Assembly: GCF_004010195.1 (NCBI RefSeq)
Contig: NC_057758.1
Coordinates: 5,216,972-5,280,971, forward strand
Direction: 5' to 3'
Length of the DNA: 64,000 bases
Origin: Chiloscyllium plagiosum
Lineage: Eukaryota
The notes under the pieces were generated by a model that was not told the origin of the DNA, did not search any database, and saw nothing but the letters and a program-made list of their open reading frames with translations. The position numbers and the translations under genes were made by a program. Positions 38,175-50,325 of the stretch are shown piece after piece; the first letter of the stretch is position 1; the number at the start of each line of letters is the position of its first letter.

Positions 38175-41100
38175 GTACATCCGTTGTCCCCAAGGGATTG
38201 AGGAACAGTGGCTGGGACTGACTCGTACTCTTGCCATTATTAACAAGGGATTGAGCAATTTCCGAATGGATGTCAGTTCTGGGTCCTGTATGTGGATGTA
38301 TGTCTGGGGACGGGCTCGGAGGACAGGACAGTGGCAGGGACAGTCTGGACTCAACTGTTCCCTTCTGTTTTCTCTCTCACCAGATAATTGATCACCACTC
38401 CCGCAACCACTACCCCCGCCCCCAACATAACATCATGCATATATCAGGATTATTTGTAAGAATACTAATTTAAGGGGGAAACCAACGTTTATTCTGCATG
38501 AGAGGCAGGTTCCAGCGGTCGCAAACTACATACAAAGTCTGCAGCGCTTCAAGGAGCTGTTCAAGGAGTTTTCATGCACAGTTAGAGATGGTCATCCAAT
38601 AACGGCATCGCTAGTGACACTCCCATTCAGACGTTTTCAAAACATTTCTTCTGACATGTTCCCTGTGTCAATCAAACAGACTTCCATCATGTTGTGCCCT
38701 TTGGAATGCAAACATGTAATTCCCTGGCTTTTTGAGCCTGCCTGGCTTCTGCTGCATCACTCTCAGTGGAGATTCTCACTGAGTGACCATGGTCACCTTT
38801 GTACCCAGGGAACAAGTTTCTTGCAAACTTTGTTAGGACAGTGAATGATTAAAGAAACTTTAAAACTGTAAGTAAATAGTTGAACGATGCACGACATCAC
38901 ATTTCACATTGTTTGACAAATAGAAATGGTATTGTGTAAAGGAGAAATTAAAGATGAAGACGTCCTAACTTGACATAGTCGGAAACATCAATGTAATGTC
39001 TTGAATTCAGTGTTACTTTTACACCTCAGCATTTCCCTTACCTGATAAAACCTTGAAGGTTTATTAACGTGCTTCAGGAGTGCATCCGAAAGTATGCCAA
39101 TGCCCAATGGAATTTACGTTGATTTCTCTCCAGATTTTGTTTTTGATTGGAGAAGATTTCTCTGCAAATGCTCTAATGTCTGTGTTGTCAGAAATGACTA
39201 AATAAAAACAGTTTATCTGTCGAAAGACCAGCCAGCCGTTCATAGTTGGATGCATTGGTGATATTAATATACTGCATTTTTATGTTCAAGGTAACAATTC
39301 GAGTTCTTGTTTGGTCTGATTTTTGTACAATTTGCAATCTTCCAGTATTTGTAGTTCATAATCCCCATTCAGAATAAAAATTACTCAACTCTCTGTAATA
39401 CCACCAAATTTCTCGATCGAGATGTTTAAATTTTATTTTAAACACTTTAATGCTTTAACATCATGCTGTGGTTTAAAATGTACTTTATGACCTGGTCATT
39501 GCCTGTTGTATTCTGTATTGTTTCAGGTACATTTAATGTTATTCACGCACAGTTGCTTACGCCTTTGTGTATTCCGTCAGAAGCTTTGAACTTGAGATTC
39601 TGCAGGTAGTTTTGCACCATCTGCACTGTCCGTTCGCGGATTAGGTGTTTTTGTTTTCTTTTATTTGAAAGATTTCCAAGCTGAGCAGGATTCCAAATGT
39701 CGAGGAGTTTTTACTCACAGGAGTAAATTCTGAACCATTGCTCTCTGCCCAAACTTGTCAAAACAGCAAACAGACCGCAAAATTATTTTCCTCTGGTGGA
39801 TTCACGTGATTAATGAGCGACGTCCAGAATCTAATTTCAATGTACCCTGAGTCTGGACAATATGGCTATGGTGCAGAAGCATTCAGCCCATCACGTCTGG
39901 TCAGGTATTCAACAAACTCCCCACTGATCTGATTATCCTCAACTCCACGACCCTGCTTTTTTCCAAAATCTATGATTGCTTTAAAGATTATAAAGCTATT
40001 TACTTCAGCCTTCAGTATACTTAATAAGCCATCCTCAATATCTTTGGTGATAAGAATTCCAGATTCACTATGCTTAAGAAGAAATTGTTCCTCATCTCTG
40101 TCTTAAATAAATGACCAAATATTTTTGCATTACACACTTGGTCCTAAACACTCATGCAATTGGAAGCAATCTTTAGACAGCTGCTCTGTCCAATCTCTGA
40201 GTAATCTTGTCGATTTCCATAATGTAACGTATGATACCATGTATTACTTCCATGTTCCAAAAGGCGCAGTCCCAATCTATACATCGTCTCCTCTCCAAAG
40301 TCCATCCATAGTTGGTTTCAGACCATTGTACCTGATCTGGAAGGTCAAAGAGTCATAGAGATGTACTGCATGGAAAGAGACACTTTGGTCCAACCCGTCC
40401 ATGCCGACCAGACATCCCAACCCAATCGAGACCCACCTGCCAGCACTCGGCCCATATCCCTCCAAACCCTGTCTATTCATGTACCCATCCAAATGCCTCT
40501 TAAATGTTGCAGCTGTACCAGCCTCCACCACTTCCTCTGGCAGCTCATTCCATACACGTACCACCCACTGCGTGAAGAAATTGCTCTTTTGGTCTCTTTT
40601 ATATCTTTCCCCTCTCACCCGAAACCTATGCCCTCCAGTTCTTGACTCCCTGACCCCAGAGAAAAGACTTTGCCTATTTATCCTATCCATGCCCCTCATA
40701 ATTTTGTAAACGCCCAGCCTCCGACGTTCCAGGGAAAACAGCCCCAGCCTGTTCAGCCGCTCCCTGTATCTCAGATCCTCCAACCCTGGCAACATCCTTG
40801 TAAATCTTTTCTGAAACCTTTCAAGTTTCATAACATCTTTCCGATAGGAAGGAGACCAGAATTGCACGCAATATTTCAACAGTTGTCTAACCAGTGTCCT
40901 GTACAGCCGCAAAATGACCTCCCAACTCCTGTACTCAATACTCTGACCAATAAAGGAAAGTGTATGTGGTAGAAACAACCAGTCAGATGGCTATATGCTG
41001 CACAGCGTATTCTTTGTTACTCGCATGCAAGGATAGTCGCTCAGCAGGGTCGGGGGGAAGGAGGGGGACGAGTCTGACACAGGCGGTTGCAGCTACATTT

Positions 41101-42140
41101 TTAAACACAAACCAGGTTTTCTTATTGTCCAGTTACATTTTGATCATAAGCCTGAGCAGCCCATAGTGTTATGTGCATTAGTCAGGGCTAAATATATGGG
41201 TTGGGGAATGGATCTCGGTGGGTTACTCTTCGGAGGGTCGGTGTGGATGTGTTGACCTGAAGGGTCTGTTTCCACATTGTAAATAATCTCATCTAATGTA
41301 ATCTAACACAATTAACCACGGCATTTCATCATGCTTGTGAATCTTGGGTAGAAGGTGGAACTGGGCAGAATGGGGGTCCCGAACTAAGAGGTTGGAAGCA
41401 GTGGTTGAGAGATCCCCTGAGGTGATAATGTTGTGTACGTCTGGGAGATGATGGTTTGTTGATGGGAGGTGAGGTCTTGGTTAAGGGGGCAGCAGGAAGT
41501 GCTGTCTTCCTGCTGAAGGAGTTATGACAGAAATGTCGATTCTCCTGATCCTTGGATGCTAACTGACCTACTATGCTTTTCCAGCAAACACTTTCAACTC
41601 TGACCTCCTGCAGTCCTCACTTTCTTGTAAATAACTGTACCAAGCTGAGTGAGTAAAAGATGGCACAAACAAAAATGGGCATTGCTGGAAAAGCTCAGTG
41701 GGTCTGGTAGCATCAATGCAGAGAAATCAACACTAATACTACATGTCGAGTGACCCATCCTCAGAACAGTAAACAATGTCACCGACTTTTACCGAACGGG
41801 AGACCTGGGCCAACCTTTCCAGAATCTGCCCCTTCCCTGGATTCACGTCCTTACTGTTCAATTCTTGCAAGTCAGCAATTTTACCCGGAATGAGAACAGA
41901 ACTGAAAAAAAAACAGTGGAATGCTCACAATTTACTTCACAGAGGAGGATGTTTCATTCTGAATGAAGCTCAGTCGTCATTCAGAAAGATGAGTTACAGC
42001 AGCGACTTTGGTGGGCAGGAATGAGCAGCTTCAGAAACACATTATCCGCCTCCCGCATTAAAGCACGAGTGGAGAGCTGGTGGTCCAGTTTGATTCCAGT
42101 CCTCCAGGGTCTCCCATTGGAGAAAGGTGAAGCGGATCAC
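38175..42140 (+). other. Ancient paralogous unit B (inverted copy B' at about 25840-29084)
   Basis: Collinear with 7200-11370; starts with about 1.5 degenerate units of the 54-bp repeat. Confidence 0.88.
40345..40965 (-). mobile_element. CR1 LINE 3' end (mirror of 26955-27565)
   Basis: ORF 40277-40978 encodes the CR1 ORF2 C-terminus. Confidence 0.95.
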
Positions 42141-42927
42141 GCGGCACGTGCACGTGTGCCATTCCCACTGCCCGCTGTGCGGCGATAGATCACTCTCAAA
42201 GGCACAGGGTTTTGTCGTCTGTCTCAGCACCATGATGCGATGGGAGCCGAATCTTCAACTTTGTGAGACAATGATGGAAATTTGATAAGTTGTGCGAAGA
42301 TACCTTGATGTAGCCGAAAGAAGTTGTCATCTGATTTGCCTGTTACAGCCCGCTGTTCTTGACAAGAGACTCTGTTAAATTCAGGGCCTAAAACTTCAGG
42401 GCCTAAATTGCTGTAAACAGCTCTGCATGTCAGTTAGCGTCTGTGGGAATGGGAGGATCACTCGACCTGAATATACCAACTGGGCATCTGAATCATTTGT
42501 ACAAACCAAACAATCTGTGGATGCTTGAAATCAGAAACAAAAACAGAAATTGTTGGTAAAGCTCAGCAGGTCTGGTAGCATCTGTGGAGAGAAATCTTTG
42601 TTAATGCTTCAGATTGAGTGGCCTTTCCTCAGGAAAATGTTGGTTCATGTTGTTATCAAGCTGGGTAGAATTAACAGGATTTGAAAAGCAGAGTTGGAAA
42701 AGAGGAAACGTGCTCTTTTAAGCTCAGAGTTCAGCAGAAAAGGGAGTCGGTGAGCAGTGAGGAAGACAGAATGTTCTAAAATAGAAATATGTAACTGTTG
42801 GCTCCGTTAGTGGATACCTGAGATTCGCTGCTCTTTTAATGACAAGTCGAAATTGACCAATTAATTTGAACCAAACACTCAGCCATTCAAAGCCAACCGA
42901 ACTTGAAAACTGACGGTGTTTATTGAT

Positions 42928-45034
42928 TGTTAGAACACGGAGGGTGAATCTTGCTGTTAGTTGAACCAACACCCAGAAAAGGACACCTCGCCTCACAATC
43001 TCTTAAAATATGAGTGACAGAGAACTCATAAATTGCACGATTTAAAGAAAATAATGCCAATTTACTTTTTAACTCGAAACATGAACATTAAACAACAACT
43101 ATTCACAACTCTAAGCCCCTCTTCCTCTGCTTATTACCTGCCTCCAATGTGGTAACAGTATGCTGTTCCAGTAAGACACATATTAAATCAGGTTGTAAGT
43201 TTGCTTGCTGAGCTGGTAGATTTGTTCTCAGACCTTTCGTCACCATGCTAGGTGACACTATCAGTGATCCTCAAGTGAAACTCTGCTGCTCTGTCCCACT
43301 TGCCATTTGTGTATCTTAGTCTGTTGTGATGGGTGGATTAATTCCGGTTCTTTTTTTGGGAGTTTGGTAAATGGGGCCCAAACCGATATGTTTGTTTCTG
43401 GAGTTCCGGTTTCAATGCCAGGCATCTAGAAACTCCTGAGCATGTCTTTCTTTAGTCTGTAACAGGGTGGATGTCTTGTCCCAGTCGAACTGATGTCCCT
43501 CTTCGTCTGTTTCCTGCCCGTCTGCACAACAAAATGTTTCTGCAGTCCTTGCCGATTCCCACACAACAGAATGAAACAAGAAGACTCTAGACACCCTGCC
43601 ATACATTGAAGGCATCTTGGAGATGTTGACCAGACTACTCGAGTCCCTCGGTATAATGCTCGCCCACAAATCTACCACCACAATGAAGCAGTGTTTGATT
43701 AATTAACGTATCCTACACCAACAACCAGCAGAGCGAGTGTCATATAAAAATACCCTTCAAGGACTGCAAATAACATTATGTTGGACAGACGGGCAAGAAA
43801 CTAGCCACCACATGAGTCAAGATTAGAGCGGTGCTCGAAAGGCACAGCAGGTCTGGCAGCATCCGAGGAGCAGGAAAATCAAAGGTTCAGGCAAAAGCCC
43901 TTCATTAGGAATGAGGCAGGGACCCTCCGGGGTGGAGAGATAAATGGGAAGGGGGTGGGGCTGGGGAGAATGTAGCTACCAAAAGACATGACCAACTATC
44001 ACCCGTATCCACTCACACAGACAAAGAGGGACACCAATTTGACTGGGACAATACAACCACCGTGGGACAGGATAAAGAAAGGCTTGCAAGGAAATTCCTA
44101 TAGACCTGGCATTGAAACCGAAACTCCATTAACAAACATATCGATTTGGACCCCAATTAGCAACCTCGCAGAAAAAGAACAGGAAGTGATACCACCCATC
44201 ACGGCAGACCAAGATACAAAAACAGCAATTTGGAGAGAACACCAGCGCTTCACTGGAGGCTCACTAGCACAGTGACGAAATATCTAAGAACAAATCCACC
44301 AGCTCAGTGGACAAATTTAATACCTGATCCACAACCTGAGATACTAATCTTCTTCAAACACTTATTAAAGTTACGCAAACCTAGTTTCAAAACCACACAG
44401 CCACTGTCATCTTCTGTAACTTCAAGCCGCTGAATTACCTGGGCCATCTTTCGTTTTACTGTAAGTATGTTTTGAATGACAAGGTACCCTTGATAGAGTA
44501 TTTCCTAATTTCTTGGGACTGTCCCGATGGCAATTGCTGTCTCTCCAATTTTCAATATGCCTGCATTTTCATACTCCCAACAACAGATCATCTCTTTGAT
44601 TCCATGTTGGCAAAATAATAAATTCAAATTCGATTGGGTTTTAGTAATTTAAACTGATTATTAAATCCAAATCGTTATCAAAACAGCAACCAATACTAAG
44701 GTATCCATTTGGAGAAAGTGGAGACTGCAGATGCTGGAGATCAGAGTCGAAAATTGTGATGCTGGAAAAGCTCAGCAGTTCAGGGATAATAAAGGCCGAT
44801 GCCCTAAAGATCGACTCTCCTGCTCCTCAGATGCTGACTGACATGCTGTGCTTTTTCACTGCCTCACTTTTCAACTCAGACATCCATTTTGCAGCCAAAT
44901 ATTGCTTATTTTCAATTTTCCAGTACACTCTGGGACTGCCATTTCGTCATATATACAGGTGTTTGCAAGCCCTAAGTTCAGAGTAGTGTTCGCTCTTTTG
45001 TAAAGGCACAGTACACGCCTTCAACTTCATAGCA
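42928..45034 (-). mobile_element. LTR related to 14928-15589, interrupted by Penelope insertions
   Basis: 42940-43110 and 44620-45034 align with the two ends of 58428-59088; ends TTCATAGCA. Confidence 0.75.
43188..44358 (+). mobile_element. Penelope element 3' part with inverted terminal copy and 11-bp TSD
   Basis: LPYI.GI.E...RLL..LGI..AHK, IP.KDC..HYVGQTG.KL and H.FDWD motifs; 43188-43510 is inverted relative to 44015-44340; CACATATTAAA/CACTTATTAAA flanks. Confidence 0.88.
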
Positions 45035-45609
45035 AGACTGAAAGCAATCATGTTGTAAGAATCTGGTGCATCATCAAGAACATATTAAAAAACAGGATTT
45101 ATGAAAATCAGAGACAGAGCTAACTGCCTCTCTGACATGAAAAGCTATGAAAGAAATCTCTAAGAAGACTCCATCTATTTAAAGGGTGCAAGGAATTTGA
45201 TCACTAACAATAATCTTCGTAAAAAGTAAGAAGACTGCCCAGGAGAAGACAGCAGATTCGGGGAAAGAATGAAGGCTTAAGGAAGGCGATAAGGCATTAA
45301 ACGATTAATTGCATTTAAAGATTAATGTGGACATTAAAAGATTATTTGCAAGTTACCATTGCCTATTGCTGTGATCCTGGAGCAGCATATTCATAGAATT
45401 GCGCTTATCTCAGGGATAGTGGATAGCTAGGGTAAACAGTGTTCGCTTTGTTAATAGTTTTGATAATGTTCACTGTTAGAGCTAAATAAGTAAATTGTAA
45501 TCTTTTCTTCATGCAAAGGATATCATGGATCTTCTTACATTCACACATTTTTAAAAGATTGACAAATTTAAAGATGGAGTAAAACCTTGTGACGTCCCAT
45601 AAGGAGGTG

Positions 45610-46740
45610 AAGCGTATTTAAGAAAATAGAATATAGTATAGCGCAGTACAAACCCTTTGACCTCTAGGATGTTTTTATCGAAGATCATACTAACCAACAT
45701 AGCTGTCACAGTACTATCTTCCATGTGCCTGTCCAAGAGTCTCTTGACTGTCCCTAATGTTCTGACTACAACCACTGCTGGAGTACATTCCTAACGCCCA
45801 CCAGTCTCTGAGTAAAAAACTTACCTCTGACATCTCCCCTAAACATTTCTCCAATCACATTAAAATTATAACCCCTCCTGGTAGACATTTCCACTGTGGG
45901 AAAAAAAAATCTCTGACTATCCACTCAAAGCCTTTCAATATAATGCACACCTCTATCAAATCACAATAGACAATAGACAATAGGTGCAGGAGTAGGCCAT
46001 TCAGCCCTTCGAGCCTGCACCGCCATTCAATATGATCATGGCTGATCATTCCTAATCAGTATCCTGTTCCTGCCTTATCTCCATAACCCTTGATTCCACT
46101 TTATTTGAGAGCTCTATCCAACTCTTTCTTAAATGAATCCAGAGACTGGGCCTCCACTGCCCTCTGGGGCAGAGCATTCCAAACAGCCACCACTCTCTGG
46201 GTGAAGAAGTTTCTCCTCATCTCTGTCCTAAATGGTCGACCCCATATTTTTAAGCTGTGTCCTCTGGTTCAGCACTCACCCATCAGCGGAAATATGTTTC
46301 CTGCTGCCAGAGTGTCCAATCCTTTCATAATCGTATACGTCTCAATCAGATCCCCTCTCAGTCTTCTAAACTCAAGGGTATACAAGCCCAGTCACTTCAG
46401 TCTTTCAGTGGATTGAAAATTGGTTGGCTGATAGGAAACAAAGGGTTTGAAAACCCTTTGAAAAAAGGTTTGAAAAACCTTCCATCCTTCTTCACTCCGA
46501 GCCCCCTCAACCATTCTTCATAAGAAAGAACCCCTAGTCCAGGCACCATTCTGGTAAATCTTCTCTGCACCCTCTCTAAAGCTTCCACATCCTTGCTATA
46601 ATGAGGCGACCAGAAGTGAACATAATATTCCAAGTGTGGTCTAACCAGGGCTCTATAGAGTCATAGAGTCATAGAGTACAGCATGGAAAATGACCCGTCG
46701 GTCCAACCCATTCATACCGACCAGATATCCCAACCCAATC
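45610..46740 (-). mobile_element. Nested CR1 3' fragments, including a well-preserved copy with (ATAGACA) tail at about 45965-46410
   Basis: EYYVHFWSP.Y.KDV.ALERVQRRFTRM; CR1 3' UTRs. Confidence 0.85.
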
Positions 46741-48329
46741 AAAGGGAAGGGATGGGGGCAGGTAAAGACTGGGGTTGGGGAATTGAGGGGTGAGGGAAGT
46801 TCGTGGCGCTGGAGAAGGAAGCAGGGCTAAGGAGGGGGCAAAGCTTGGCGAAGAGGCCGGGCAAGGGCAGGATGCGGGGGTGTGCTCGGGTCAGGGTTTT
46901 CTGGGTTGGGATGTGTGTTAGCGAAGGGCGTCAGGGTGCGGGAGTTACCTGCCCCACCACCATTCGATTCATGTGGATGGAGTGTTTTTGCTGTTTATGG
47001 TCGCTGTGCGGGTGGATCGCGTGGGACGTACTGATAATCCTTAATCACATCCTAGGAATATACACTCTCATCCACTTATGCATGAAATCAACCATACATT
47101 GCTTTTCACCTGAGCCAAAGAGAAATCTATAAATCGACCCTTGTCTCCATCTCTTCCTCCATGCCCGACCTTCCGTGCTGAAATCCAGTTTGTTCCAGAC
47201 TCTGCTTCTCACCAGAGGAGGCATTTGACTTATTGAGAATCCAAATCGACTGAATGGAAGAATCATACTTATATAATCCAAGTAGTTGCCATGAAATGAC
47301 AAAAGAAGGGAATAAGAAAGTCTATCGCCTTAAAACTTTTGAACATTTAGACTAAAATTAAAAATCACACAACACCAGGTTATAGTCCAATAGGTTTATT
47401 TGGAAGCACTAGCGTTCGGAGCGCTAACTAGTTGTGACTAAAATGTAATGCAGAATTACCGAACACATTTACTGAACGAGAAAATAGCCAGGCAATAAGG
47501 CTTAGAAAAACGGGGGAACTCAGGAATGCAGAAGATCGGGACATCTGGGCTCACGCAGTGATAACAGGATGCTGTAAGGGAATTCTGAATATGTGTCTTA
47601 GTATCAATGAATCTGTGTGAACAGGACACCAAGTGATAACATTCACAGCCGTTCCCTTGTGTCATTAATGAATGTTTGATTCTGACTCTGAAACGAAACT
47701 CAGTCCTTTCAAAAATCTTGTAAATAAGGGTCAGAACCTGTCAATTATAAGGGATTCTTATTATCCGTTGCAATCGGGGCAGACACAGTGAGAAAAACAT
47801 ATGTGCTGTTACAAGACCCTGACATGAGAGTTCAAAACGACACGAGAGAGAGAGCGAGAAAACATTTTAGCGCTGACACTATTGAAGCCAATAGAAAATT
47901 AACTCTTAGTGCTTACCTGCTATGGATTGAATTTAATTGCATTTTGGGACTTTATGATGGTAATGGGTAGCCATTACTGGTTATTAAGTACAAACTCTGT
48001 AAAAGGTAATCTTAATGAAGCTTTAACTTACTTGCTGTTCTTGCAGACCACTCTACAGACCTAACAGACTGTCCCAATCTTATGTCTTCTTTGAATTTGA
48101 ATCACAACCCTGAAAAGAAAGCACATTTATTTAGAAGACTAATGGGTTAATTTAAATGCAACCTCAGGTAAAGAATGATTCAGTTTTAAAAAGCAAGAGT
48201 TTGCAACTAGTTTTTAAAAAATCCCAAGCCTAACATTGAAGAGGTTCTGGCACAAATCTGTAAGGAAGGCATTTGGAGAAAAAAAGATTGCCCTTCTTGC
48301 TAAGGGGCTATTTTGTAAAATACTTGTAC

Positions 48330-48974
48330 CTGCCATGGACTCTCTGCCGCACCGCACGCTGCCCTCGAATCGGCTGTGGAGGGGACGAGACTGTCACACA
48401 CCTCCTTCTGGAATGTGTTGACGCAAAGCAAGTCTGGAGAAGAATTCAATAGTGTTTGTCGAGGTTCGTCCCAAGCAGCTCCGTGACGCGGGACTCCGTG
48501 CTCTACGGCCTGTTCCCCGAGACGCACAGTGCGACTAACATCAAATGTGCCTGGAGGATCATCAACTCGATCAAAGACGCTCTTTGATCTGTCCGAAACC
48601 TGTTGATCTTCCAGCTGAAGGAGTTGACCCCGACGGCGTGTTGCGCACTGGCACATTCCAAGGTCCAGGACTACGTGTTGAGGAACACGCTGAAGCTTGG
48701 GGCAGCTGCCGCCAAGGCGTGGTGGGGAAAGACCACCGTGAAAAGTCTGCCTGCCAAAGAAGATAGGGGGGCCACTCAGTAAGTGCGCTTCGCTAACGCC
48801 TCAGGTAAACATATGGATATATGGATGGTAAACGTACAGACCTTTATATACAAATCATTAATTCCGATCTCTTTTTGCAAAGAAATGGAATGTTTACGTA
48901 TGTACGGCATGGCCAATTGTACAGATCATCAAAATATTTTATGAATGAAGTATATTTTTGAAATTAAGAAAAAA
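48330..48974 (+). mobile_element. Tx1/L1-clade LINE 3' end
   Basis: CPR.GCGGDETV.HLLLEC..A..VW..., KDAL.S.RN and A.AWW motifs, then 3' UTR and A-rich tail. Confidence 0.88.
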
Positions 48975-49361
48975 GTATCTGACATGGGAGCTGTGCAAGT
49001 TTACCTTATGAATCTCCAATTAGCGCAGACTAGTACCTCTTTATGAGACGAGTTTATCTTGCTAGCAGATGCCTAACTTCGCTGGGTATGTTTGTCTCAC
49101 CTGATGAATGGCTTAGGGCCTGTACGAGTGATTCGTCAAGCGTATACAGACCTGTCAATTATATTTTCTTCCTTACGAATTATTGTCTTTCTCTGTTGTC
49201 TGTCGAATTAAGAACATGCAATGTTTTTGTAAACTTTCATACAAAGGAAGCAACTTTGTATCAGTACATCAGAGTAGCCTGATGGGGTACTTGAAGAGCT
49301 GGTACCCTACTCTCCTAGGTTATTTGAACTCAGTTAACTTAGCTTAGAGGTGTAAGAGTTT

Positions 49362-50325
49362 TGTTGCAACAGCGATAGTCTTTGTCAAAAAGGGGATGAC
49401 TAAAATTAAACTAAACTGTCTATAAGAGTTTTTTTTTATTACAGACATCCAAAGAGTACGAACTCCAGGACGAACCGAGAGAGGGTCTTTATAGATCTGA
49501 GTCCACAAGAGATTCCCTGGGGCCAATCAAAACTCTACTTTAAAAGACTCTTGCTAATTATGCCAACTGGTCCTAAGTGCTAGGCCATAGGCTTTTCATT
49601 CATGCAAATTCTTTTTATTAATTACTAAGAGCTCAGCCCAGGCCTTTTGGCCATCTTTACCTGTTGTGATTGTTCCAGTGATGACTAGGAGCTAGGCCTC
49701 ACGCTTCAGTCTCTCCAGATTCTTGACACCCCAGCCCATCCAATGGGTGATGATGTAGTAGCATTTGACATGCGCCCCCAGTGTGCACTGCCCGAGGATG
49801 GGACGGAGAGTTCCTGGTGCTGTGATGGTTCACTGCAGCTGATGGTGGAGGTGGTGCCGGATCTTGTTCAGCTCCCCCCTCTCACCCAGGACACGGTGCA
49901 GAAGGGCAGCCAAAGGACGACAGGGGGCACGATGCTGACACGGGTGATGAGCGGGCTCCCAACCATCCGTGTCATTGTCAGGGCTGGGCGTGTGGGTAGC
50001 TGGAGGTGGGCATCTGGGGACCCTGAAGGGCCGTTAGAGACTCCTGCTGCTCCGTCCGCTGGGAAGGAAGGATGATGGGTCTCAGGGCTGGGGAGGCTGC
50101 CCTCACCCGTGGCACCGTCGTGGCCCACCATGACAATTAGGCCATGTCGAGGCCTCAATCATAGACCCAGGTGATTGGTGAAGCAATTCCAAAATGGAGC
50201 CTGAGCGTCAATTTTCCTGCACTGAGCTACTCAATCAGCCTGCGCTCGGATTGGCTCAGGCAGCACTAGGACTGTTATACAGTCTGGTCCTATATTTCCC
50301 GGGATTAAATCTCCACGTTATATCA
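49362..50325 (-). mobile_element. Mirror copy of the LTR-like segment at 23877-24926
   Basis: Reverse-complement match; lacks about 80 bp present at roughly 24378-24459. Confidence 0.55.
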
